Of a stretch of DNA of 64,000 bases, positions 9,471 to 19,660 are shown piece after piece. A program made the translations under genes and the position numbers. Under the pieces are notes generated by a model. It had not been told where the DNA came from. It did no database searches and saw only the letters and a list, made by a program, of their open reading frames with translations. Location of the stretch: assembly GCA_030605415.1 (NCBI GenBank), contig JAUWIJ010000002.1:14472-78471 (forward strand), written 5' to 3'. Source of the stretch: an archaeon (GTDB lineage Archaea; Nanobdellota; Nanobdellia; Pacearchaeales; GW2011-AR1). The first letter of the stretch is position 1. Each line of letters opens with the position of its first letter.

Positions 9471-10355
9471 CTATAATTTAAATTCCTCAAATCCCCTTCT
9501 CAAATCCCCGTTATCCCCGGTAGAATAAGCATTTTGAAGTTCTAAAGCTTTTTGGTGCCCTGTCTTTTTATTGAAATAAACTGCAGGCTTGCCGATGTCA
9601 TCTTTGATGCGATTTAAAAATTTTGAGATTATTTTGGATTCTTTTGCATCCCGTGCAACTACAAACCACATATTGTCAATATAAAAGTGCCTGCCAATCA
9701 TTGACAGGGGTAAGGTTTTTTCATTAATCAAATTTTTATTTAAAAGATATTTCAATCTAAAAGCTGACTCTTTCTCACAGAGTAAGCATCCGCCACCCGG
9801 AGTAGGATATTTAATTTTGTATTTTTCGGCTAACGCCATTTGTTTTTTTCTTCCTCTTCCTCTAATATCCAAAAGTTTATTTCTATCAACTAATCCCTTT
9901 TTTTCAAATGAAGTTTCTTTGAGTCGTTTTGCACAGAGCGGTCGTAAAATTTCAAAATCAAGTTCTTTATCAATGGTTTTTATTGCTGATGGTATTTGTG
10001 ACATTGGTCTTTGACCGATAACTTCACCAGTCGCGATAATTTCAATATCATGTTTGTCCGCATACTCCTTTGCTTTTTTGAACATGAAAATTTTACAATC
10101 TTTACACGGATTAATTCCCGAGCCCGTTCCAAATTTAGGTTTTTTTAAAATTTTTAAATATTCAGATAATAAAGGTTCTTTTTTGACATCGATAGTTTTT
10201 ATTTTAATTTCCTCTTTTTGATTAAAGCCGCAACCGCCACAACCGAATGGGAGAGCAAAGTAAAGAGCGGTAATTTGAAAACCTTGTTCTTGAAGTATAC
10301 GTACGACTAGACGAGAATCAAGTCCACCCGAATATAAAACTAGTGCTTTTTTCAT
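9471..10355 (-). CDS. PP-loop tRNA thiolation enzyme (ThiI/MnmA-like)
   Basis: YSGGLDS, NPCKDCK, TGEVIGQRPMSQ, PGGGCLL. Confidence 0.85.
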   Translation of the reverse strand: MKKALVLYSGGLDSRLVVRILQEQGFQITALYFALPFGCGGCGFNQKEEIKIKTIDVKKEPLLSEYLKILKKPKFGTGSGINPCKDCKIFMFKKAKEYADKHDIEIIATGEVIGQRPMSQIPSAIKTIDKELDFEILRPLCAKRLKETSFEKKGLVDRNKLLDIRGRGRKKQMALAEKYKIKYPTPGGGCLLCEKESAFRLKYLLNKNLINEKTLPLSMIGRHFYIDNMWFVVARDAKESKIISKFLNRIKDDIGKPAVYFNKKTGHQKALELQNAYSTGDNGDLRRGFEEFKL

Positions 10356-10398
10356 GGGATTAGAATGTAAGAGCACTTTTTAGGAGTTTGGGTTTTGG

Positions 10399-11349
10399 TT
10401 AGAAAGGTAAAGTTTTTACTCGTCCCTCGTTTTCAATCAAAAGTAATTCTGAATCCATAATTTCTTTGGAAAATTTATTATTAATATCCCTTAAGGTTTG
10501 TCTCAACTCTGCTTCTTTTTGATAGAAAGATTGAATTTGACAGTTATAATCAGATATACCAAAAAAGAGGGCATTTATATTTTTGTGATTTTTACAGAAA
10601 CCTTTTATTTTATCTTTTAATTCTTCGTCTAAGTTTTTCAGTTTTAATCTTGAGAGTCCAAAATAGAAACCAAAATTTTCCATTCCGAGAAATAAACGAA
10701 TTCCTAAAATTACTTTGTTTTTATAAAATTGTTTTAACTTATAAATAATTAGTTCACTTGACAGTCCTATTTCCGCTGAAAGATTAATTATTTTTTCTCT
10801 TCCGTTTTTCTCTATCGCCTTTAATAATTTTAAATCTTTTTTTGTTAGTTTAATTTTATTTTCAGAACTTACCACCCTATAAGATTGCTCTGCATTTAAT
10901 TCTCCAAAAAACTTCAACGGATAGAACTGAATATCAGTTGCTATAGACAAAGAGTAATCTGCAATTTTGCTTTCGTGCTTTTTTATAAACTGATAAAATT
11001 TTTCTTCAAAATCTTTTTTGTTTTTGAAAATGAAATTTACGAATATATCATATTTTGATAAAATATCTCCAACAGATAAAACACTATCCATTTTTTCTAA
11101 TTCTTTTCTAATTTGCTCTTTTCCGCTTTTGAGTTTTATCCAGACTATAATAACTTCGTGATAACCGAGCAAATCGTAGTTGAATATTGTCAGGTATTTT
11201 TTAATCAATCCCTGCCCTTCGTATTTTTTTATTCTATATTCAACCTGGTCTCGAGACATCTGACAGGCTTTTCCAATTTTCGTTAGCGGTTCCCGATAGT
11301 TATGATACAGATAAGAGATTAATCTTTTATCTTTTTTATCAAATTCCAT
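10399..11349 (-). CDS. Tandem-domain Lrp/AsnC transcription regulator
   Basis: Two HTH-AsnC units (DKKDKRLI..., TKKDLKLL...). Confidence 0.85.
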   Translation of the reverse strand: MEFDKKDKRLISYLYHNYREPLTKIGKACQMSRDQVEYRIKKYEGQGLIKKYLTIFNYDLLGYHEVIIVWIKLKSGKEQIRKELEKMDSVLSVGDILSKYDIFVNFIFKNKKDFEEKFYQFIKKHESKIADYSLSIATDIQFYPLKFFGELNAEQSYRVVSSENKIKLTKKDLKLLKAIEKNGREKIINLSAEIGLSSELIIYKLKQFYKNKVILGIRLFLGMENFGFYFGLSRLKLKNLDEELKDKIKGFCKNHKNINALFFGISDYNCQIQSFYQKEAELRQTLRDINNKFSKEIMDSELLLIENEGRVKTLPF

Positions 11350-11492
11350 ATTATACTATTAGTCTTATTGTTTATAAATTTTACTGATATACTAAATTAT
11401 ATGGGAATTATTTTAGTTTTTTAGGAAGAATTGATAGGAATATTTAATAAGAATAATCACTTAAGAGTGTTAACTAAATAGTGGTAAGAAAA

Positions 11493-11807
11493 ATGGAAAA
11501 ACTTGAACAAGTAAAGATAAAGGATTTGTATGCAAGATTAGGAGGATTAGGTATAGACGCAGATGTATCCCAAAATGGGGATTTTACTTTAGAGGGAAAA
11601 GTTGTAGAGGTAAAGTTAAAGGAATTATCTATCACTAAATTTATAGAAATAATGTTAGAGGGAAAACCTGAGGGGGTGGATGCTTTTGTTGTAGGTGAAC
11701 CCTATAAGAATGATGTAGCTCAAGGGCATTATGGACAAGGTTCAACAACCGAAAAATATTATCCAGTTTTATATTTAAAATTAAAAGAAGGAAGAAAAAA
11801 TGACTAA
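11493..11807 (+). CDS. Hypothetical protein
   Basis: First gene of an overlapping operon divergent from the Lrp gene. Confidence 0.6.
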   Translation: MEKLEQVKIKDLYARLGGLGIDADVSQNGDFTLEGKVVEVKLKELSITKFIEIMLEGKPEGVDAFVVGEPYKNDVAQGHYGQGSTTEKYYPVLYLKLKEGRKND

Positions 11808-12390
11808 TAATTTAGAGAAGGAATTAAGAAAAGAAATATTGGAAATAAATGGAATAGGAAAAATAAAAGAATTTTTTATAAAATCAGTACTAACTATTGA
11901 AAAAATGCTTCCGGAAAATCAAGAGATATTCATTGATCACACTGTTGTTGGTTATAATGTGGTAGCAAGTACAATAGGAAAACAAGGAACAGCTTGGCCA
12001 TGTGTGCCTATAGAACTTACATTCTATAACAAAAATCAATCTCTTTATGGTGGAGGGAAAAAAATGAAATACAAAATAGAAGGGAATGTTTTACCTTATC
12101 CTACAATCTATAAAGGTTTTAATGCAGATGTGCCCTTAATAGCAATAGACGAATTGATGAAGGTCAAAGATAAAAAATTTCCTCTTTCAGAGATATATCT
12201 AAATAATCAAAATTTCAGAGAGTATAGCATTGGAGAGATAACTCAGGATTTATATGGAGCATTTTGTTATTGTAATAATATGATAGATGAATTTAAACAA
12301 AAGGGGATAGAAGAAAAGATGAGAAAAAATCTCAAGGGGTTTTTTGAAAATCCTGGGGTGTCAGACAATTTAAAAATTAAGGGAGAATGA
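11800..12390 (+). CDS. Hypothetical protein (MTNNLEKEL leader)
   Basis: 196-aa ORF overlapping both neighbours. Confidence 0.65.
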   Translation: MTNNLEKELRKEILEINGIGKIKEFFIKSVLTIEKMLPENQEIFIDHTVVGYNVVASTIGKQGTAWPCVPIELTFYNKNQSLYGGGKKMKYKIEGNVLPYPTIYKGFNADVPLIAIDELMKVKDKKFPLSEIYLNNQNFREYSIGEITQDLYGAFCYCNNMIDEFKQKGIEEKMRKNLKGFFENPGVSDNLKIKGE

Positions 12391-12890
12391 AAATGACAAA
12401 TAATTTAGAGAAGGAATTGAAAGAATTTAGAGCGTGGAAAAAAGGTTTAACTGATAAGCAACAAGAAGATTTAGATTCTGTAGTTAAGACAGTTAGTTTA
12501 ACCCTTGATGATTATGTTTCAGAAATTGGAGGAGATAGAAATTATTGGTTTGAAATACCTGAATCTGAAGCAAAAAACAACTTACAACAATTAACATATG
12601 GAAAAAAGGTTAGAAGTTTCGCAAAAGAAACCAGATTTAGAGGTCAACCATGTAGTTCCATAATCTCATATATTCCAGTTAATAGAATGGATAAACAAAA
12701 AGCCATATTTTGTACTGAAGAAATTTCTATGGATATAATGACAAGAAGACCAAATATGCTTATTGCAAAATATATTTCAGATAACAGATTAATTATTGCC
12801 CAACATTATACTGGTAGAAAAATTATTAAAAAATTAATTGATGTATTTGAAGGAGAATTATTAAATGTAGTGAAAAAATATGAAAAATAA
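12387..12890 (+). CDS. Hypothetical protein (MTNNLEKEL leader)
   Basis: ATGA-coupled to the previous gene; same N-terminus. Confidence 0.65.
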   Translation: MKMTNNLEKELKEFRAWKKGLTDKQQEDLDSVVKTVSLTLDDYVSEIGGDRNYWFEIPESEAKNNLQQLTYGKKVRSFAKETRFRGQPCSSIISYIPVNRMDKQKAIFCTEEISMDIMTRRPNMLIAKYISDNRLIIAQHYTGRKIIKKLIDVFEGELLNVVKKYEK

Positions 12891-13200
12891 AATGAAAAAA
12901 TATGATTTTATTGAACCATATAGTTGTATAGTTGATGATTCAGGCAGAGTACTAAGTAAATTTTTCGAAGAGGAACCTAAAACGAAAGAAGAATTATTAA
13001 GTATCAAAGCAGTTGATGAAATGTATGTAGTTGGCTCCATAAAATATAATGAATGCTTCGTGATTGACTCTAAAACATTTACTCCAAATATAGAAATTGG
13101 TAATTCATTAATTGTAGTAAATCGCTCAAAAAATATGATAGAAACTATTGCGCCTTGGCTAAAAGGAATAAGAAGTATAGACAATCACTTTGAATTTTGA
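12880..13200 (+). CDS. Hypothetical protein
   Basis: Overlapping operon member. Confidence 0.55.
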   Translation: MKNKMKKYDFIEPYSCIVDDSGRVLSKFFEEEPKTKEELLSIKAVDEMYVVGSIKYNECFVIDSKTFTPNIEIGNSLIVVNRSKNMIETIAPWLKGIRSIDNHFEF

Positions 13201-13213
13201 AATTTATTAAAAA

Positions 13214-14611
13214 ATGGTAAATAAAAATAAAGCTCTTTTGAAAAAATTTGAAGGATACGTAAAATCTCAAGCTAGGAGATATGCCGGGAACCCTTCTGAA
13301 ATAGAAGATTTTGAACAGATTGGTCGTATTGCAATTTGGCAGAAATTAGAGAAAGAACCATCAGCGCATATTTCCCACGTTCTAAGTTCTTCAAAATATG
13401 CTATGATTAATTATATTAACAAGGGAAAAGCACAAAAAAGAAAACCAAGGGAAAAAATAATTTCAATTGATACTCTTTTTGAATCAAATAGGGGTGTTTC
13501 AGATAGGAATAAGGAAATAATTTTTGAAAAAGATTTAATTGTCTTCATGAAAGAATCATTAAGAGAAAAATTTGGGAAGAGATATTATGAAGGTATAAAG
13601 GAATTAGATTTTCCGAAGAAGACTATAAGAAGAATATTTCGTGCTGCTATTGAAGAAATAGCAGAGATAGGTATTGAAGATGTGCCGTCAAAAGTTACTT
13701 ATAATTTTTTTAAAAAAATGAAACTTGATTGGCCACTATGGGTATTCTATGATAATAGTCCTGCTTCAGCAATAATGGATATATATAAAAATAAATTTGT
13801 TCCTTGGCAATTTCCAAGAGTTCCTGCAGGTTATTGGAAAGGAAAGGTTGGAACAAGGAGAACAAGACAAGCATTAGAATGGTTCTGTAAAAAGAAAAAC
13901 ATTAAATCGGAAAAGGACTGTAGAGAAATAAGGTGTGACGATTTTGGCGAAGAGGGGTTAAGAGGAATGTTGCATGCTAAATTTCAAAATAGTCCATACT
14001 TGGCTCTAAAAAGTGTTTTTCCGAATCTTAATTTAAAGGACAAAAAATATATTAAAAATTATTTTGATACACGCGAAAAGAAAATGATTGCAGTGACAGA
14101 TTATTTAGTTGAAATTGGCATTGGAGATATTTCCGATATGACTCCAGAAGAACTTTATGATACGGATTTTAAAACAAAAATAAAAACTCCCGAACTTCGG
14201 AAAAAGTTTTCTGGTCTTATGAAACAATACAAGGGAAGTTCTTATTTACTTTTTAAGGACCTATTTCCTAATCAAATACTTCCTTGGTCAATATATAGTC
14301 CTTATGGCTGGAGGGGAAATTATCAAGAAGGAGCGAAAGATGCAGTAAAATGGCTTTTTGAAAAATATTTGCAGATACCAATTGAAGAAATTCCTTCATA
14401 TGCAACTCTCGAATTTTTTAAAAAAATCGGTTTTTGGGGACTACTAACAAATAAAAAAATCGGTTTTAATTCTTCCCCTTATTTAGCAATTAATAATGCC
14501 TATCCCGGACTATTTGATAAAAAAGATTTTGATAGACATAGAAAAACAAGAAATATAGAATTTATTCTTAATGAATCGCGACGTAATATTAAAAAAAATT
14601 CAATAAAATAA
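13214..14611 (+). CDS. Sigma70 region-2-like N-terminus fused to DUF4046-like repeats
   Basis: LLKKFEGYVKSQARRY..IEDFEQIGRIAIW..KYAMINYI; repeats of the NSPY/ALxxxYP..PW..YW type. Confidence 0.65.
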   Translation: MVNKNKALLKKFEGYVKSQARRYAGNPSEIEDFEQIGRIAIWQKLEKEPSAHISHVLSSSKYAMINYINKGKAQKRKPREKIISIDTLFESNRGVSDRNKEIIFEKDLIVFMKESLREKFGKRYYEGIKELDFPKKTIRRIFRAAIEEIAEIGIEDVPSKVTYNFFKKMKLDWPLWVFYDNSPASAIMDIYKNKFVPWQFPRVPAGYWKGKVGTRRTRQALEWFCKKKNIKSEKDCREIRCDDFGEEGLRGMLHAKFQNSPYLALKSVFPNLNLKDKKYIKNYFDTREKKMIAVTDYLVEIGIGDISDMTPEELYDTDFKTKIKTPELRKKFSGLMKQYKGSSYLLFKDLFPNQILPWSIYSPYGWRGNYQEGAKDAVKWLFEKYLQIPIEEIPSYATLEFFKKIGFWGLLTNKKIGFNSSPYLAINNAYPGLFDKKDFDRHRKTRNIEFILNESRRNIKKNSIK

Positions 14612-14851
14612 ATTCCCACTACTCCCGAACTCCCACCGCAACATCAAAGATGTTACTCCCCCTCCCCTACAAATACCAAACTCCAAATACCAAATCCCTA
14701 ATACCTCACTTATGTTCCAAATCCCAAATCCCTCGCTCGTGCCCCCCTTCCCCTCGGCAGTCGGCAACCAGCAGCCCCCCCCCGCTCCGACTACCGAACT
14801 CCGACCAGCAAAGCGTCCGAACACCGACCCTCCGAACCCCGTCCCCTACCC
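14612..14851. repeat. C-rich low-complexity degenerate short repeats between convergent genes
   Basis: Repeated CCGAAC/CTCCGA/CAAATACC units; GC content far above background. Confidence 0.5.
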
Positions 14852-15301
14852 TCAGTATCCCCCATACACTTCCAGCTCTTGAGAATATCCATTATGGGTA
14901 AAATCAAAGTTGAAGATGAAAAGGAACTCCGACATTGCCCGAACACCCAGACCAGCTTCCTTAACTATTTTGTATAAATACTTAGTAAAACAATATGGGC
15001 AAATGTTGGTTCTGTTTCTGCCACAAGATACACAGGCTTTTGATTTGCCGGAAATTCTGTTGTGTTGTCGCATAAATACGTTTAATCTATTTCTTATTTT
15101 TTGCTGTTCAGGAAATTTTTTAACCCATTGATGAAATGCCTCAGCGATGCAGTTTGGGCAAAGTGGGTGCTGGATATCTTTACCGCAGGATAGGCAGTCA
15201 TTATTAATGCCCTCACAAATATTTTCTTTGGATTGGTTGGGGTATGCTATTTCCGTTTCAAGATTATATGTCTGTATAGCGACATTCATTTTCTGTTTCA
15301 T
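14852..15301 (-). CDS. Cys-rich zinc-finger protein
   Basis: Four CxxC motifs (CLSC, CPNC, CVSC, CPYC). Confidence 0.7.
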   Translation of the reverse strand: MKQKMNVAIQTYNLETEIAYPNQSKENICEGINNDCLSCGKDIQHPLCPNCIAEAFHQWVKKFPEQQKIRNRLNVFMRQHNRISGKSKACVSCGRNRTNICPYCFTKYLYKIVKEAGLGVRAMSEFLFIFNFDFTHNGYSQELEVYGGY

Positions 15302-15452
15302 ATTGAAAAAAATTATGTCGCACGATTACCAGAACTTAATAAAGGCCAGCCCACACGCTAAAGAGGTATAAGAATTCAGGACGAACATCACTCTTTGCGT
15401 TTTCATAAATATAACAGATTATAGAATTATTTAAAGCTTTCGGAGACGGTGT

Positions 15453-16526
15453 TTACCTTGTGATAATTAATTTTTTAACAGCTTCGTAAAGTTTTTTTGC
15501 TTTTTTATCTTTTTCAAAATGTTCTCTAACTGGTTTAATTAATTTTTCCAGTTCCTCCACCACCCCTGACTTTAAATCCATAGGATGCAACTTCCCGTCG
15601 ACATATGTCTTTCTTAATTCTTCATAATTTTTAAATTCGATATTTCCTCCGAATTTTTCTGGACGATTAATTGTCATAGATTTGATATTTCTAAATATTA
15701 TGTATTTGCAATATTCCATGAGAGGATTTCCTTCTTCCTGACGTTCCGGACAAAAAGCTTTATTGATTTTTTTCTTGAGTTCTCCATATGTATCGTGCAT
15801 ATAAATACAACTTTTCGGATCCGACTTGGACATTTTAGAAGCTAATAATGTTTCTTCATCAGTTTCCTTTTTTTGCAATCCTTGCAATCCGAGTAAAATA
15901 TGGTGATGCACCGTTATTGGTTTTTTCCATTTTAATTTGTTGGCGACATCTCTTGCGAGCATATTTGCTCTTCTTTGATCCATACCCAATTGACAAATAT
16001 CTATTTTCATGTGAAAAATATCCGTTACCTGCATTGAAGGATAAAATAATTGCCCCATACTCAATTTTTCTCCCTGCTTTCTTCCCATAATTGTGGTTGC
16101 TCTTATATTTCTTTCAAGAGAGATTTCTTTTGCTATTCTAAGAGTTTTGTCCCAATAATCAATCCCATCCATTATATCCTTGGCCCATATTATTTCAACC
16201 TTATCCGTATCAATCCCACAGGCCTTCCATACTTCAATAAAGTATTCTCCTGCCAATCTTATATTTTTCATATCCCCGCCGAGTTTATTATTAATGAACG
16301 CAAAATAATCCGCAAGGAATAATTTAAATTTTATTCCAGCTTTTAACATGTTTTTTAAATTAGATGCTCTTAATAATCCAAAATGAATTGGGGCTATTCC
16401 TGAAGGTTCAAATCCGTCATACGCTACAGGGTGAGGATTATTTTTAAACAGTTCTCTCAATTCTTCTTCGGTTACAATTTCTTCGGCAAATTCTTTTATT
16501 AGCCTAATTTTTTCTTCAACATCCAT
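15453..16526 (-). CDS. tyrS: Tyrosyl-tRNA synthetase (archaeal type)
   Basis: YDGFEPSG, HFG, YPSMQ, GMDQR, KMSKS. Confidence 0.96.
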   Translation of the reverse strand: MDVEEKIRLIKEFAEEIVTEEELRELFKNNPHPVAYDGFEPSGIAPIHFGLLRASNLKNMLKAGIKFKLFLADYFAFINNKLGGDMKNIRLAGEYFIEVWKACGIDTDKVEIIWAKDIMDGIDYWDKTLRIAKEISLERNIRATTIMGRKQGEKLSMGQLFYPSMQVTDIFHMKIDICQLGMDQRRANMLARDVANKLKWKKPITVHHHILLGLQGLQKKETDEETLLASKMSKSDPKSCIYMHDTYGELKKKINKAFCPERQEEGNPLMEYCKYIIFRNIKSMTINRPEKFGGNIEFKNYEELRKTYVDGKLHPMDLKSGVVEELEKLIKPVREHFEKDKKAKKLYEAVKKLIITR

Positions 16527-16689
16527 AATTAATTCTAAGAAGGAAGTTATTTAAATGTTATTAGTTAACAAACTTTCCGAAGATATAAAAAAGGCCTCTT
16601 TTCTTTAAAAAAGAAAAGCTCCCTATAATTAAAAGAAACCATCCTAGTTCATTCTGAAAGATATAAAAACTCTTTATCCTTGAAATTTT

Positions 16690-17601
16690 ATGGCTAAAGA
16701 AGTTTATGACTTAATCATCTTAGGAACTGGTCCAGCTGGAATGTCAGCGGCAATTTATAGCGGGCGATATGGAATGAAAACATTAATTATCGGAAATGTA
16801 ATCGGCGGAACTGCGAACCTTGCAGGAGAAATCGAGAACTATCCCGGGTTTACCGGAAGCGGAACCGATTTAATGAAAAAATTTAATGAGCAGGCAAAAT
16901 CATTCGGAGCAGAATTTGAGATGGGCAATATTGATAAAATTGAAAAAATCGAAGATGAGTTTTGTGTTACCGTCGGAGATAAAGAATTTTTCGGACATTC
17001 AATTATTAGTGGACTTGGATTAGAACGTCGAAAGCTGGGAATTCCAGGAGAGAAAAAACTTCTTGGAAAAGGAGTTTCGTATTGTGCGACCTGTGACGGG
17101 AATTTTTTCAGAGGGAAAACTGTGGCGGTGGTTGGTGGTTCTGATTCGGCGGCAAAAGCGGCCATCTATCTTGCAGACATTTGCGAGAAAGTCTACATCA
17201 GTTACAGAAAAGAAAGAATGCGATGCGAGCCAATCAATTTAAAGAAAATTGAAGCAACAAAAAATATTGAAATTATTTATAATAGTAAGCCAGTTGAAAT
17301 TGTTGGTGATGCGAAAGTTACCAACTTAAAATTAGAATTACAGGACGAAGAGAAATCAATTAAGGTTGACGGGGTTTTTATTGAGGTTGGTTCTGTACCT
17401 ATAACGAAAATTTTTGATGGACTCGGAGTTAAATTAGAAAATGATTATATTAAGGTTGATAAAGAAGGGCGGACTTCGGTTGAGGGTTTTTTTGCGGCTG
17501 GGGATGGAACGAACAATCCATTTAAGCAGGTAATAACAGCGACGGCAGACGGAGCATTGGCGGCAAGAACTGCTTATAATTATATTAAGGTTGGGGAGTA
17601 A
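16690..17601 (+). CDS. trxB: Thioredoxin-disulfide reductase
   Basis: GTGPAG, IENYPG, GVSYCATCDG, GGSDSA, FAAGD. Confidence 0.93.
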   Translation: MAKEVYDLIILGTGPAGMSAAIYSGRYGMKTLIIGNVIGGTANLAGEIENYPGFTGSGTDLMKKFNEQAKSFGAEFEMGNIDKIEKIEDEFCVTVGDKEFFGHSIISGLGLERRKLGIPGEKKLLGKGVSYCATCDGNFFRGKTVAVVGGSDSAAKAAIYLADICEKVYISYRKERMRCEPINLKKIEATKNIEIIYNSKPVEIVGDAKVTNLKLELQDEEKSIKVDGVFIEVGSVPITKIFDGLGVKLENDYIKVDKEGRTSVEGFFAAGDGTNNPFKQVITATADGALAARTAYNYIKVGE

Positions 17602-17606
17602 CTAAC

Positions 17607-18494
17607 CTACATCCTTTCCAATCTCGCAATTCTTTTACTCAACGGAGGATGAGTTGCAAACCATTCTTTTTCTTTTGTCGGCTTAGCAAGAAATAAAGGT
17701 GCCACTGCTCCCGAGACTTTCATCGGAGCATTAGATTGAATTTTCTTCAATGCCCCAATCAATCCAGTAGGAGTTCGCATAAACTTTACAGCGGAAGAGT
17801 CGGCAGCGTATTCCCGTTTTCTCGATATTGCGAGTTGGACCAAAGCAACAATTATTGGGGCGGAAATTGCAATAACGATTCCTATTATCATTAAAATTAC
17901 ATTACTACTATTTTTATCATTTCCCCCTCCAGCTATCGAAGACCAAAATAAACTATGTAGAAAAACTTCGGATATTATTGCTATCATACCGACGAGAACT
18001 GCGGTCAAAGTCATAAAACGAATGTCATAATTTGCAATGTGTGAAAGTTCATGTGCGAGGACACCCTCAAGTTCCTGTTTGGAAAGTTTGTCCAACGTCC
18101 CAGTTGTTACACAGATTACGGCGTGTTGCGGATCCCGACCCGAAGCAAACGCATTGATTTGCTGGTTTTGCATAACATAAAGTTTTGGTTTTGGTAACCC
18201 CGAAGCCAGACACAACCCCTCCACGATATTATGATACTGCCTGTATTCCGTGCCTGTTGCTTTTTTCGCACCTACGGACGCTATCGCGAGGTCTGCCGAT
18301 TTATAGTAACCACCGACTACATAAACTAATGAAAAAATTGTTCCAAAAATTAAGATTATAAAGAAAAGGTCGCCACCCATGATTGCTGCGATTGTGTAAA
18401 CTAAAACGAGGAGGACTAATAGGACGGCTCCAACTAAAAAGAATGAGCTTATTTTATTTTTTCTGATTTCTTCGTGGAATGAAAGTCTTTGCAT
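17607..18494 (-). CDS. htpX: HtpX-family M48 zinc metalloprotease
   Basis: NAFASG, AHELSH, SRKREYAAD, THPP. Confidence 0.93.
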   Translation of the reverse strand: MQRLSFHEEIRKNKISSFFLVGAVLLVLLVLVYTIAAIMGGDLFFIILIFGTIFSLVYVVGGYYKSADLAIASVGAKKATGTEYRQYHNIVEGLCLASGLPKPKLYVMQNQQINAFASGRDPQHAVICVTTGTLDKLSKQELEGVLAHELSHIANYDIRFMTLTAVLVGMIAIISEVFLHSLFWSSIAGGGNDKNSSNVILMIIGIVIAISAPIIVALVQLAISRKREYAADSSAVKFMRTPTGLIGALKKIQSNAPMKVSGAVAPLFLAKPTKEKEWFATHPPLSKRIARLERM

Positions 18495-18579
18495 ATTATT
18501 ATATTGTAGTTTGAGTTTTTATTTGTTACCTATATACTACATTATATATATCCAAATATACTACATTACAATATATATA

Positions 18580-19137
18580 TTAAAATTCAACCTTTGGAAC
18601 TGCCTTCGCTGCTTCCGGAATTTTCAAATATTCCCGCTCTTTAAATCCATACATTGACGCGAACCATTTTCCCGGAACCATATTTGTCATAACATTATAG
18701 GACATTATCCCGTCATTATAATATTGCCTTGCATACGCCACTTTATCTTCTATCGCGGATAACTCTTGTTGTAATTGTAAAAAATTCGTATTCGCTTTTA
18801 AGTCTGGGTAGCCCTCCGCAATCGCGAAAATTGATTTAAGCGCTTCCTGCATCTGATTTCCTGCTTCCATTTTTTTCTCGACGCTCGTTGCCGACATCAA
18901 CGCCTTTCTCGCATCCGTCACCTCTTTGAACACTTTCTTTTCGTGCTTCATATAACCCTTCACCGCAGACAATAAGTTAGGTATTAAATCTGAACGTTTC
19001 TTAAGCTGGACGCTGATTTGCGCAAGAGAGTTGTCAATTTGATGTGACAATCGAACAAAACGATTATAGTAAATAAAAAATATTGCGACAGCAACTACGA
19101 TTATTGCAATTACGACCCAAATCAGTGCGGTTACCAT
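18580..19137 (-). CDS. lemA: LemA family protein
   Basis: QLKKRSDLIPNL, EGYPDLKA, RQYYN; classic lemA-htpX pair. Confidence 0.94.
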   Translation of the reverse strand: MVTALIWVVIAIIVVAVAIFFIYYNRFVRLSHQIDNSLAQISVQLKKRSDLIPNLLSAVKGYMKHEKKVFKEVTDARKALMSATSVEKKMEAGNQMQEALKSIFAIAEGYPDLKANTNFLQLQQELSAIEDKVAYARQYYNDGIMSYNVMTNMVPGKWFASMYGFKEREYLKIPEAAKAVPKVEF

Positions 19138-19241
19138 ACTTACTCGAATTTAATTAAGTTTATAAATCCGACGGAACCAAGGTTCCCTATAGGTAGCCTC
19201 CTTCGAGATAGTTTTATATACGTTGTTGAATTGTTTTAAAC

Positions 19242-19454
19242 ATGGTTAATCGCAATATCATAATCGGCATCAGTATCTTAATTATTATAATCCTGGGATT
19301 TACGTTTTTCTCCAATATGACAGGAAGCGTAATCACGGGCTCAGTAATTATTAACGAAAAAGTCGAAAATGAATATTTCAAAATTAATGATTCCAATAAC
19401 CAATCAGAGGAGGGTGATTTAAATGACACACAAAATATCAGTGGACAAAAATAA
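19242..19454 (+). CDS. Small membrane protein
   Basis: N-terminal TM followed by MTGSVITGSV. Confidence 0.55.
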   Translation: MVNRNIIIGISILIIIILGFTFFSNMTGSVITGSVIINEKVENEYFKINDSNNQSEEGDLNDTQNISGQK

Positions 19455-19608
19455 GTGTATCGGATGTGGAGCTTGTTTCGCAACTTGTCCAAATTCTTTT
19501 AAAATGAAAAATGGGAAGGCATTTGTAACGAAAGCCAAAGTTGAAAAGCTAACATGCGAAAAAGAAGCTGAAACCGGATGCCCAGTTAGTGCAATTAAGG
19601 TTAATTAG
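19423..19608 (+). CDS. Monocluster ferredoxin
   Basis: CIGCGAC..CP and CPVSAI; GGTG SD upstream. Confidence 0.9.
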   Translation: MTHKISVDKNKCIGCGACFATCPNSFKMKNGKAFVTKAKVEKLTCEKEAETGCPVSAIKVN

Positions 19609-19660
19609 GGAAGTCTATTTCTTTAATAAGATTTATAAACCAAAGTTAACTATCGTTAAC

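Noticed and set aside
14600-14901. ORFs 14600-14824 and 14650-14901
   Set aside because: By-products of C-rich low-complexity DNA.
15326-15406. 26-aa ORF upstream of the zinc-finger gene
   Set aside because: Could be a leader peptide, but there is no supporting signal.
18532-18568. 13-bp direct repeat ATATACTACATTA between lemA and htpX
   Set aside because: Lies in an AT-dinucleotide-rich tract; weak evidence for an operator.
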